A stretch of DNA of 63,788 nucleotides, filler included, from Sphaeroforma arctica JP610 (GCF_001186125.1; 9 parts of 3 records of this genome joined end to end with filler, not necessarily neighbours in it); one strand, 5' to 3'. Counted from the whole stretch's first letter, positions 13,589-25,799 are shown. Translations and numbers: made by a program. The notes: generated from the sequence alone by a model not told the origin.

Positions 13589-14071
13589 TCAATAGGCAGT
13601 ACTACTAGAGGCACATCCACCAACATCCGACAAAAACAGCGGAAACCACGTAGCGCCAGACCAAACAGGTACGACCATAGCCGCAGAAGCTTTATCACAG
13701 GACTGAAGATAGTGTAGAAACCAAAAACCCGAAACGCGCGGCGGACACGCCCATCCGAAATCCTCATCAAGAGGAATAGTAAATGCATCACCGCCCCAAG
13801 TACCGCCACATGGATCGTCAGAAGCATAGTAGGGTATTTGCGCATTCCGTCGGTTAGCGAACAGGTCAATAGCAACCCCATGCCACTTCTCCATCACCCG
13901 TCGAACCCAGGCAGGGTGCAAGCGCTGAGTACGCTTCTCCGATGAGGCTGGCACACAACCGGCAACAGGCAACGTAAATCTCTGCTCATTATCGCTGTTG
14001 TCATCACAATCCGCAGGCATCGGCAAGGTATTGTCTGGGTCCGGCAACTCCGACGGCCAGGCGAACGACAC
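13589..14071 (-). pseudogene. Dam-like (DIRS-type) DNA N6-adenine methyltransferase domain of element A
   Basis: RLHPAWVRRVMEKWHGVAIDLFANRRNAQIPYYAS...DAFTIPL....WACPP...MVVPVWSGATWFPLF matches the DIRS/phage Dam pattern DLFA..N / DAF / (N)PP / vvP.W....WfP. Confidence 0.8.
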
Positions 14072-14078
14072 TCGCTGT

Positions 14079-14660
14079 TGTAAGATTCGGTCTATTAAGG
14101 TGATACTAATGACTTAGAATAAATAAACGCGTAAGATAAATTCTAAGTATCGTGTAAATACCAAAGTATATAAACAAAATGAGACTTTTAGTAAAGTTGG
14201 GTATGCCTCATGAAAACAGCAATACCCTGAGGGATTGTGCGGCTGAGACATTGCCAATATATAATCCTCTCGGTACTGTTTCCGCCGAAGGGATTTTATT
14301 TAGTGTTTCGTTGTCGCTCTATTAGAAACTACGGTGTGTTTCATTGGGGCGAATCTGAGAGACTCATAAAATTCTATCTTTAGACAAAAAGAAATAAAAA
14401 AATAAAAATACTCTTCATGTCCTTAGTTCTTGTCTTAACCAATAACTTACCACTTATCAAGAATTACCGACTTAGCCTTCATCAGACTGGCACATCTGGT
14501 TGGCTGATCGGAGGATCAACTAGGTAACGTTAATAGTCCTTAGAAACCTATATTCGGTTGAGCCATCTCGCTACCGAAGTATTCAGATATAAATAAAGTT
14601 GGAAAGTAAATATAGTTCCTTCTAAGGCGTTAATATCGCCTTAATAGACCGAATCTTACA
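14079..14660. mobile_element. 582-bp non-coding insertion with ~41-bp terminal inverted repeats (MITE or LTR-like, TG..CA ends)
   Basis: tgtaagattcggtctattaaggtgatactaatgacttagaa at 14079 is matched by the reverse complement of 14620-14660. No clear TSD. Confidence 0.7.
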
Positions 14661-17600
14661 CATGTAGGTGTGAAGGACAACCCCCAACACATTGAACGGC
14701 TCCAAAATGTAGGCAATATTTGCGCCAACACAACCCATGATCTCCAACGCCCGCCAAGCTCGACGCTTCATAATGTTCGTTGTGTCGGGAGGCAATGGTT
14801 TACCATTTAACAATGTCTCCAAGGGTTAGTGATCACTATGGGTTGGCAGTGACAACCAAGAACGCATCGCCATAAGAGCAATCTTATGAAGCACAAATTC
14901 TGTCGCCGACAACTCCAAATTCAACACATGGTAGTTATTCATGGAAGGGGGTAACTTCGAAGAATAAAACCCAAAGCAGAAGAGATAATTCATTATGCCA
15001 TGGCTTTTATCCTAAATAATAGAATCCATAGCCAAATGTTCATCCACAAGCTCCAAAGAAAGCTCTTGGCCCTTCGTCACTCGTATAGACTTAGTCTTTC
15101 ACCGAAGTAAGGGTTCAGTCAACGGAACACCCTTCTCTTCTAAATACGCCACCAAATTATTCTGGGCTACTGCCGAACCATGCAACGCCGCACGCAATTC
15201 CGCTGTAGGCATCTTCTTAGCCAACCACTGACGATCGACCTCAGCTTTCCACCCTGCAATCGTCTCTTCCATCCGCAAAATCTCCTTAAGCGCTCGGCAG
15301 ACCATGACCGCTCCTCCAATGGCTACATCACATGCGTCCGGATAAGCATGCAATTTTTCATGCTGCTCCAGCGAATAAAGACAAATCCCATTCGTGAGAA
15401 GCCACATACATCGATAATACGCAATCTGATATTCCAAATTCATGTCAATCCTGGATCCCTTGCGAGTTTGATTAGTCAACGGCACCAAAAATGTGTTCAA
15501 CCTGGGGATACTACATGACTACCACGCCATCATGCACACAAATGTAATCAACTGATCCTTGTCAGCTGGAAGGTCAATGCTAGCTATGCCTTACATCCGC
15601 TCATCGTCGATAATAACAAATGTAAAGGTCGGTATCCTCTAGGCTGACTATACGATACCAAGACGTTTAATTCAACAACGCACAACGCTTTTATTTCATG
15701 TCCGTTATCTCGTATGTCTGGGATTACACGCTCGTCTTGAGGTGCGTCCTTTTTTCTTAGTAACAAGACCCGGTATGCTTGTCACTTAACTTCAACCTTT
15801 GGTTGCACCTTGCATGTATGCTTGTGTTAACCTCCAGTCCCGGTACAGTCCTTCAATGGAGATCTCTCGTACCTTGTCCGGGTAAAATTGATGCATATCA
15901 GCGTACAGAATCTCTTTATCTCTCCTATGTAGGTTTAACCAAAAGATTGTTTGCACTCATAGTACACACATGAATAGTTTGTCAGGTGACATCTCTTGAG
16001 TTTGTGCCCGTGACATGAGTGTGTCCTACTCTAATAAGTAGTGGGACACCGGCGTTCCTTCTTCCGGTGGTATCATGATCGATACAAGCAATTCCGGTCG
16101 AGGGTCCGTCGAAAATAAGTGGACGATCATCTCACTCTGCTCTTCCCACGTTTTCAGCTTAGTGATCGCTTGTTTCGCCTTCTCTAACTTGTTGTACCTG
16201 TAAGAGGACGGCTTAAAGCTCTGCTGCGCTGCTTCGAACCATAGGTTCTTCCGTAGATTGGCTGTAAGCATAATCTATCCAAAATCTTCCAAAGATCTAG
16301 ATAACAACGTCAGACTGCTAGTATCGATTGGATCCTTCCGGTCCTTTCGATCAGATATGTATGTCGTTGGTTGTTTACCTATATCCTTTACAAACTTCTT
16401 GCCTTCCACAGCCTTCTCGGTCTGAATCACTCTTAGTTTTGAATCAATTTAAGTCTGGAAGTGCGTAGCCATTGTCATATAAAGACTAGCGGTATCAATC
16501 CTACCTAGATACATCGCCTCGAGTGAAGCAGCCTCAGCCTTGTTCATTTGAACAGCGAATTCAGCAATTTTCAGATCACTGCTAGAGTGATCTGATCCCT
16601 TCTTTTCTTGAGAGACTACAGTAGTAGACGTATTTCTATATACGTTAATAACGTTTTACGTCGTCAGCCCGAAAGTAATTTGGGACTTGTTCTCAAATTA
16701 ATATAAGTATAGGTGGGTCAGCCCGAGAGAACGTAAGAATAATTTGAGAATTCTTCTTAGATTATTCTATTTATAGAATACGGGCCGCCGGCTAGCCGAG
16801 AGCCGAGGTCCGAGACTGAGTGTAGTAACAGAGAATATGATATATTTATTTCTAGAAAATATATCCGAGTGCTAAAGTGTTCTGCATAAGGCTTCTCATA
16901 CTGATCATATGAGTTTTTACCCTGGCCAACCCAAGTGGTTGAACACTAGTACAAACCCCATAAGTATATAACTGAGGGTGAGATCATAAATAAATTCATT
17001 CGAATGCACCATACTTAAAATACACTAGCACTTTACTATTAATCCCCCACATCGCACGCTAACATTTCTAACTGCATCTGACCATGCAGTCAGTTGTCTG
17101 CCTCATCCTTTGATCCATCGACCTGTTCAATGTGAGTGAACGCTGCTGATGGGACAGCATCTTTTGTCGTCGTTGGGATAGCCGCTGGGGGCGAACTGTC
17201 TCCCGATGACGACAAAGATTTTCTAGCTTCCACTTGATCAGGTTTAGGCTCTTCGGTCGGTTTGTGCTTCGGAAATACCTCTGGGGCATTCAGTGGATTT
17301 CCTTTCGGTGGTAGATTTGGTTTAGGCTCCTGTTCAGATGCCATTCGCGACATTGCTGTTGCGTCCAATCCAGGAGAATATTGAGCTTAGGATGATGAAG
17401 ATCAGATTATGTTTGCCTCTCCATTGTCTGACAATATCTCAAACGACAATATGGCTTGATAGAGTGCCAAATGGTTTGATATCAAGTCGGGAATGTCTCC
17501 AAGAAGATCCCGAATTTCGTACCAAATTAAATGTGCAAAACTTCCATCTCTTCTAGTTCCGAATACCTTCGGTAGTATCTTTTGAAACCGACGGAAAAGT

Positions 17601-19378
17601 TTGCGTGCCTGCTTACCTTCGTCAGTTTTCGTTGCTACTAGCCGATTGTAGTATTAGAATCTCTAAACAAATCGAGCCCAAAATTTCATACCGCTGCATT
17701 CATTACATACCTCGGTGAGATTGTACCATCCGGGTAGTCTTCAATACATCCGGAAAGTACGTTCCATTCGTGTTTCGAAACACCCATGCCCGGTTGGCCC
17801 GCTGATGGATTAACTCTCGTTGACCCTCCTCCTGGATATCAATCTGAGTCTGGTATGGATGGCCCAGATCAAAGTTCTGTCGCCAAGCCGGTCGGAGTGG
17901 TGTTTTGGGTAAGCGCAGGAATTGTGAATCCAACCTGGTGTCCGAAACGTCGTCCTGATGGTGAAATGTATGGTCCACATCATCCGGACCTATATCCACG
18001 AAACGCAGTTGTTCCTCCGCTACGTTGATTTGGGGTTGATCCAACAGTGTTTGTGCTATTGGCACATTCTCCGAGTCATCCTCCCCTGATTCACCATGAC
18101 CTTGATCCTTCGCTGCGGCTTGCTTTTTCTTCCACTGCTTATTAGGTCACAATTCGTGTACCATTGGTTGGTAGTTCTTCAGGAAGGTTCTCCTATCCCT
18201 TGCTATCATATGATAAGTTGGATCTTTCCTGCGTGCTGTGCACGTGTCCACTGGTGGGGACGATATATCTGATTCCAGTGCATGTCGTACTTCCTCTGAA
18301 GTTGAATTTTCCGAGGATTGTGTTTTCTCGGCTTTTCCCTTTCGAGATTTCGCCTTCTTCGCTGTTGGCTTCTGTGGCTCCGCAGTCACATTACCTCTGG
18401 ATGCACCTACACCCGTAACAACCAACTTCTTACGTTTCCATTTAGTCAGAGTTGGTGCCGGTTGTACCGGCGTGATTTCAGTTGCTTCAGCTTCTCCTGA
18501 TGGTGCCGGGGGTGTTTTCTGCTTCTCTTCGCCTACAGTAAACCCTTTCGCGTTTGCAGCCTTGGCTACATTCGCTGCCTTATTTATTTATTTTTCGTCA
18601 TAATATCGATAGCGTATTCAAACTTAAAAATATGTGAAAATCGGTCTCCTCTAGGCGGACTATACGATACCATAACGTTTACGTTAATAAGACAATACGT
18701 TAATACGTTAAAATGCAAAGTGTTAAATAAGTTTAGCTTCAGCCTTTGGTAATGAGCAAAAGATTAGGGCATTTTAGACCGAGACTTTTGTGTATATACT
18801 CAGCTCTAATCACTCACTACTTCGGTCTAGATTTATTTCCATTTTAATTACTAAGATCAGATATCATTTCATTGGACACTTAGTTTAAATTCCACGCCTC
18901 GAAACAATCACCTAATCAAACTAACCAATAAAATACCTCTAAGTCCAACTTTAGAAAATGAAAATAAAATCAAAACACCAAGCTGGTGCAGTATATATCG
19001 GCACCTAGACCCCATCACTTGGTACCTAGCTCTCCATCCCATTTAAGGCATAGATGGGCACATCTAGTTGGCTGGCTAGGGGGAATCAAAACCATGTTGT
19101 CCTAAATTCCAACTCTGATCCTGTCCTTTTCTCAGTGGATTATCTTTCTCTGAGATTATTATCGAATTATACCATAGGTTTGTACCAACAACCATTTCAT
19201 GCCTGAGATCCTCTCTCATGATACTCCTATTAATTAGAGATTCACAAAGTGCCATTTTCAGGTGTCAGATTGGTGTCGTTCCTATAATATGCCAATTCGT
19301 TAAACGTATTTCAGTATTATAAGTATAACCGTTAATGCGTTTGTACGTTTATAATATACGTTAACTGTGCAACTACTA
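14661..19378 (-). mobile_element. Nested degenerate Ty3/Gypsy element 'C': PBS, gag-like region, RT start, RT thumb and RNase H
   Basis: PBS-like TGGTATCGTATAG (minus strand from 18672). Disrupted gag-like ORFs ~16000-18600. LRKKDAPQDERVIPDIR (RT start, ~15710-15766). KDQLITF..IPRLNTFLVPL, YPDACDVAIGG, GFYSSKL..NY..LELSA, HSDH*PL (RNase H). Boundaries are approximate. Confidence 0.7.
16609..17064 (+). mobile_element. Solo LTR (Copia-associated family)
   Basis: TGAGAGACTACA...AACA with 5-bp TSD TTTCT. Near-identical to 27024-27479 and related to the LTR at ~32254-32726. Confidence 0.9.
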
Positions 19379-20680
19379 TTAGGAACACGCTATTTTTACA
19401 CAAACCCATCGCACCACAGTCGAACATAGAATGACTTCGGAACATGCTTCGCCACTGCGAATTAAACTTCGTCCCCTAACGTTCAGCTGCTTGATCAGCT
19501 GCCACAGCGACCGCCAATGCGCCCTATCTGCTTCCAGCTCCGCTGGTGACATACCTTGTGTGTCGGGTGACGCACCAACTCGAGTAAGATTATCCACTAA
19601 CCGCGGTAACGGACGACGTTAATACGGCACTCCCACCGAAGACAACTGACCAACACCCAACTGCACTCTGTTCGCAGCACCACCGGTAGGCAAAACTAGC
19701 AACACGCCACCTGCAGCAGAGGACACCGGTTCCGGACTCTCCTCATCGACCAACTTTTGTGTGCACGTAGCACCACTAACCGCGGTAACGGACGACGTTA
19801 ATACGGCACTCCCACCGAAGACAACTGACCAACACCCAACTGCACTCTGTTCGCAGCACCACCGGTAGGCAAAACTAGCAACACGCCACCTGCAGCAGAG
19901 GACACCGGTTCCGGACTCTCCTCATCGACCAACTTTTGTGTGCACGTAGCACCATCATCCACAAAGGAGAGGAAACCTTTGACATCCCGAAAGTTATACT
20001 CATTCCTCTGTGTATACTGAGCTGGAACAACCGCGAGGCCGAATCCTGCACCAATGCGTTCGTAGACCTGGCCGTCACCTGACAGGAACCGCGTCTTGTG
20101 ACGATCCTCTCCAGCTATCGTACACTGATTAAAGCCATTAGCGTTGTCAGTGATTGTGCGACGCCATGCGTTACAAATTTGGCGTCGCAGATCCTCTTCA
20201 CTAGGCATATTAGCCTGTTCACAAATGCTCCATTTGTTTAAACCAGCGTAGGCTTGACACATCCGATAGTCGTCGTCCGACCGATGTGTCATCCCTTTGC
20301 CTTTGTCAGTCAAGATGATAGGAGCTAGCCAACCACCTTCATCATCGCAACGTCGGATAATACCTCGCTCCACCTCGGCCGCATACTTCCTCTGTTCAAT
20401 GGCAATCTTTGTAGGATCCCGGTTCCGAAACACACTCCTGGCAGGAATTGCATCAGCTCGAGTCGGAATGCGAAATCCGGGCCCTTGGAGAACACATGAG
20501 GCTTCGTCTTGCCATATGCACACCGATTCCCCGCGTCCTTCATACGTCTCAGCCCTTCAGACGGAACCCCGATGCCAGCATCATATATAGATGCGGGAAT
20601 ATCCTCCTCCTGAAAAGGAAGGACTTCCATGTTATATATAGTCCCGGGTGTCTTGTAGATAAGAGAAGGCACTGGAGTAG
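19379..20680 (-). pseudogene. Reverse transcriptase of element A (disrupted)
   Basis: WLAPIILTDK..YRMC..YAGLN, DNANGFNQC..EDRHKTRF, GFGL..PAQY, SFVDD, then AHWRSLWQLIKQL. Confidence 0.88.
19594..19954. repeat. 179-bp tandem duplication inside element A RT
   Basis: The copies starting at 19594 and 19773 appear identical. Confidence 0.9.
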
Positions 20681-20879
20681 GTAGACCTTTCGCCGTCAGA
20701 CAGAACGAGGGTGGGGTTACTGCCGTATTTCACACAGACTCCAGCAAATTATCGCGCTGAGCGAAGAAGCCGAGGATCGCATCCTTCTCTAACGGAATAT
20801 GTCTACAACATAAAAAAGAATCTTGTTTGATACAAACGGACTCACCTGTTGAGTTTGAATTTATAAATGGAAATAATAA

Positions 20880-22513
20880 CTAACGCCTCAACCCCAAACT
20901 CAGGGGACAAATTCTAAGAGCCATCGTAGACCTCGAGAACCTCCCTAGGAATGGGAATCCGTTGAAGACCTTCGGCATCCACAACGGAACAGTGAAGCAT
21001 AGACGGGAACGAACCAGAGTCACTGAAGAGCTGTACTTGCGTCCCCCCAATCTGTGCAGCTACAGTGGGTCCTGCACCGGCTAGTCAATTTACGCTTGAA
21101 GCGCTAGTATCAGAGCTAGGTGCTGCTGCCACGGGCGTATTCATAATATTCTGAGGCCAATCCGCTCGAAAAAGTAGGCTTCCACATAGATGACACTTGA
21201 TATATAGAGGGACACTGTTCCTGCCCCCAAGCGAACGAGAAGCACTGTGTCCACGAGAACGAGATCTGTCATCCCGCTGCATGGACTGCCCTCGACTATC
21301 GGTCTCCCGCTCAGCACTTCCGCCAGATCTCTGAGAATAGGACTGCACAGACGAGCCCTTAGAATCCTTGTTGCGGTCTCTATGTTCTCGCCAACGTTAT
21401 CTATCCCATGTATGTTCTCTTGGGCTTTCTGTCGCGTCCCTCATAGCGCATCGCAATCACCGAAGCTAACGCTGCGTAACCGCCAATCGATGTAAATATA
21501 GTAATAAAGAACGCTCGCGTGTTGCCCTCCAGGCAAGTAGAGAACAGGAACAGGACCAACTGATCGAACTTTTGAATTATACGAGCAAGTCGCTCACTTG
21601 AAAATCGGATAGCGATGTACACCGTTTGCTCCATCCTTGGCTCACTTAAAAGTGAAACTAGCCACTTGTGTGGAGTGAAACCAAGCACATGTCGATTCTT
21701 CTCTATATCATCACTGATCTCCTCATCGGATGGAAGTTCGCATGGTTGATCTAAACCGCTACTCTTGCCGAATACGTTGAGCATTCGCATTGCCATCATC
21801 TTCAGCCTTTTTAATAGCCGCCTTCAAGGCTGCTATACGCTTTTTGGCTGCCTCGCTAAGTCCAGCATCCGTCACACCGTCGTCGTCGCCTGCTGATCGC
21901 CGGTACCATCTGTCGATCTCTTCCCAGAAGAATGCTGTCTAGAAGAAATTCCACTATCTGAGCGCTTCCTAATAAAAGTAGGAGCTCGTATACACTCAGA
22001 CTGATAATTAGAGTTGTCCTTAATACCTTCTTCACTTTCAATGATGTTCATTAATTCCTGCAGCACAATCGATCGTACGCTGATCTCCGCTAACTCCTGA
22101 GCAAGGTGCTGACGCTCTTTGTGCAAAGCATATGTGTCACCTTTCAGTTCTGCAGTCATGCTTGAACAGCTACACTCCTACCTTGGTTAAATAGGTTGGC
22201 ACAGGGTCCAAACGTGCGCATAAAGTTCTGCTCCATTCGGGTGACCGTAGGCTGTTGTTAATCCGAGATCGCAGCTTATATTCCACAGATGGGCCAACCT
22301 GACGAATCATCAACGTCACACACTGGTCGCAACCAGCGCTAGTTTGCTCTTTCGACTTGATCAAAAGAGATTACGTCTTGGTCGCCACGCCCTAAACCAG
22401 GGTGCCGGGAATGTCCGGTCTTCATCGTCGAGACGCTTCCACGAACGTACACCCTCAATAATGCTGTTAAAATTATTGTTAGATGTGAAGTTGCTATTGA
22501 AAAATCCACCCAT
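20880..22513 (-). pseudogene. gag and aspartic protease of element A
   Basis: Disrupted gag with RS-rich segment and degenerate knuckle KCHLCGSLLFRADWP. Stop at 21085-21087 is followed in frame by LAGAGPTVAAQIGGTQVQLFSDSGS (DSG protease). Confidence 0.75.
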
Positions 22514-22624
22514 AATCAACAACAAAAAATTGACACACCGGCCCAAAATCGAATAAGCTGGTATATCAGCACTGTTTATCGTAAGTATCGTAGTTACTAG
22601 CTAGTCAAGCACGGTATGTCTAAT

Positions 22625-23047
22625 TGTAGCTATCAACACGATAAGGTTTCAAACAGTTTATTAGACATTCCTCCGAGCTCGTCCAGCACAAATGCTCGAA
22701 TATCCCTACTGTATAACCTATAAGCATATTCTCTCAGTCAACCACAGAACTACCAGCACCCAGGTCATACTACATCTTCCTTCATCCTCACTATGCTGGT
22801 CCATCGTCCACGACACCTTCCATACTAGGCAGCTCCTCTGTCCTCTACAGCAGTCATTCAATCCTCTGTACAGCATAGCTAGGCTCTGGCATCCACAAAC
22901 TCCTCTCTCCTGTCATATCAGCTCCATCAGTAGGATTATATCAGTTCACTAATCACCATGACAGCTCCTTCTCCATCTTCCAAGTAGTAGACCCCTGTAG
23001 TTCGGTACCTAAGTCTAGTACCGAACTATACCCTTGTGGCTATTACA
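22625..23047 (-). repeat. 5' LTR of element A
   Basis: Direct repeat of 12596-13022; followed by TSD CTCT. Confidence 0.93.
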
Positions 23048-23149
23048 CTCTAATAAATAATACATACAAAGTTTTATTTTGAGAAACAACCGGGGCAAGC
23101 GTTCGTTTTCACACTAGATTTTAATTTTGATATTGTAAACACATAGATA

Positions 23150-23975
23150 ATATTATTTATTTCAAAGGAGACAAGTTACAATGTATGTACATATGGTATT
23201 GCTCTCATAACCGTTGTAGTGGTTCGGAGAAGATCGATGGGAAGAAGCGGTCAGTAAATTCCCGTTTGAAGCTTGGGCTAAGTGAGTCGACGATGGAGGA
23301 TATGCGCTGGGTCAATTCAGGCCGGTGCTGACAAAAAGCTGACACCATCGAGGGTGCCATGTATTCGCTTGCTGACCTACTAGGTAACGTACCCACCTCT
23401 GTGGTACGAATCGGGTCTGCACCGTGTTGCGCCGTGAAATGGGTCGGTGCAGAGTACGAAATGCCGGGTAGGACCAGGTTATCCGTCATAATTCGTTTGA
23501 GGGGCGAGGTTGGGGGTAAACCGATGCCGCACCAGATCACGGATGCACTCGGTATGTGCTGGTTGGCCTGGATCGGAAGTATCATAGGCGGAACCAACAG
23601 GCGCGATGACTTGGGTTGGACCGAAATTTGGAAGTAGTACTTCAACAGCGTGATTAGCCGGGGTACGAGGAACATCTGTTGATGTGTCAGAGACGGGTGT
23701 GGGTACGGGGTTTGTACTACATGTTAAATAAAGGATCCAAGGTGTTCGTGGAGAGTCCAGATACCGTGGAATCTTGGAATTGCTGAAGGAGGCCAGGGCC
23801 AATGAGAGGCAGTTTTGGGCCTACCAGAATGCGTCGGATCAGTTGATGGATGTAGGTTAAGTGGCTGGTGGTGAATTTGTGGCCACCGGGGCAGACAGGG
23901 CAGAGACATCCGTCGATGCGGTATAGCCATACCATATGTACATACAATGTAACTTATCCTTGAAAAAAATAATTT
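23150..23975. repeat. ~50-bp imperfect inverted repeats enclosing ~730 bp of GC-richer sequence
   Basis: aagttacaatgtatgtacatatggtat (~23173-23199) versus ataccatatgtacatacaatgtaactt (~23929-23955). Confidence 0.65.
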
Positions 23976-24412
23976 CTAAACTGGTGAAAACACCATTTTG
24001 TAAGCAGTTTAGTTACACTTAGTCGCCCTAGTACACATAAAATACACAGAGCACGCTCGTGACATGTATCTATCTCTATGCAACAAAAGTCGGCTAGGAA
24101 AAAGGCAATTTAAGCGGTTCAATATGGGTATATAGAAGTGGATGGCGAGACAGTGATTAACGAATGCAAGCTAATACGCACATCACATCGTAAAGACCTC
24201 AGACAGAGAATAGACAATGCTTTGTAGACGCATCATGCATGATACATACAGTCTTAGCGCGTAGCGCCAAAAAAATATTTCCAAGCGGTCGAGATTGCAA
24301 GAGGGATTTGAGTATGAAATGGTTGGCGCAAACGACACATCTGAGAACGAGATTATACGCATGCTCCCAGTATTTGAGAACACATGCACCATGTATGTAG
24401 GCAGTACGACTG

Positions 24413-25544
24413 TTGTGTTTTGTGTTTGATGGGAAGGTACCAAAAGCAAAGAAGGAAGAACATCGTCCACGAATGGAGAAACCAAAGAGTCAGTACAAGA
24501 AGTGGAAACAAATGGATTTGACAGGGCGTGGGAACTCTCCAGCTGGACAGAAGACAATAGCTGTGGCTTGTATTCGTACTTGGCAACATAACAATGTTGC
24601 ACTAGGTTGTTGCGAGACAATCAGGTGTGGACATTGTATATCGCAATACGAAGCAGATCCTTTATTGGTTTACCTGGCTAAGAATTCGGCGGTAGATGCA
24701 TTTGTGGCACAATTAATTCCGATCTTTCAGTATATGAGGCCGGTGTCGACGTATGCTCTAAATTCATCAGGGAGTACACGCACGAGAATGCTTCTGTACG
24801 TCATTCAAAGTGCGTATTTTTACAAGTGAGGATCAAAGAAGATTCTTAGAAAAAGAAATCTCACAGATGCAAGCTTTTTGGCCTTGTGTCTACTAAAGGG
24901 ATGCGACTATACAAAACATCTATGAAAAGAAAAGCAACCTCTATGCCGAATGTCCATGATTGAACTTATGAAAGAAGTTCGTTCCCAACTACTAGTGCAT
25001 AGAGATGTGATAGTACCGAGGGGATACTCAACGCTTTGAGGGCTGCAATCGATGATGATTCCAAGTACAATCTTTGTGTAAATGCATTCCGTGTAGCATT
25101 GCATGCTTATCGGAATGCGCACATTGTGACCTGCAAAACGTTGTGTGGTGAGCCGGCAGTACCGGCTATGGAGTCAGAAGTTGCTGATAGTAGATACAAC
25201 TGTCTCTTGTCTCTATGAATAGTGTGGTAATGGGTTCTGCAGCCGTATGTGTGATACAATATATGGAAGGATTCCTTGATCTATGCACACAACATACATG
25301 GGAGGCATACGCAGATTTAAAGAATGACACTGATGATGGACATTACTATTGCGTATCATCGGCGTTTTGTAAATGTAGTTTGGGAGTATACAGTAAATGT
25401 GTACACGTGGCTGGTCTAGTATGGACTGCAAGAAACCAATCGGAATGGGCGGCGCATAATGTAATGGAAAAGTGTATTACCTATTATTTCAGATATATAA
25501 TCAAGCCTCGGGGAAGAGGACGATCAAACACTCTGTACGAGTAA
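24413..25544 (+). pseudogene. Disrupted Cys-rich ORF ending in a SWIM-type zinc finger (probable DNA-transposon relic)
   Basis: SAFCKCSLGVYSKCVHVAGLVW matches CxC-x6-CxH (SWIM); fragmented across frames. Confidence 0.55.
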
Positions 25545-25799
25545 TCCTTCTAGATGGAATGTACCCAGCGGTAATTTGAACGCCAACTTGACTATTCTGT
25601 GACTAGACCAGCACAAACCACAAAGAAAACAAGGACAAGTGTTGCAGTGGCCTACGGTGTGGTATTGAGCTATCAATGTAGCTGTGTCTTCATATGTGAC
25701 TGTGTCTAGCTCTGTCGGCTCATCCGCCGTTTGTACGAGTGCAATGTTTACGGCTGGGTGTGTTAGTTTTTGATCAAAGTAAGTTGACTTTGAGCCTAT

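Larger units (their letters stand above)
12596..23047 (-). mobile_element. Ty3/Gypsy LTR retrotransposon 'A' (degenerate, with nested insertions) carrying a Dam-like adenine methyltransferase domain
   Basis: TG..CA LTRs at 12596-13022 and 22625-23047 (~94% identical by hand count). 4-bp TSD CTCT at 12592-12595 and 23048-23051. Purine tract next to the 3' LTR (13023-13030). Degenerate gag, DSG protease and RT (FVDD) on the minus strand. Confidence 0.92.
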
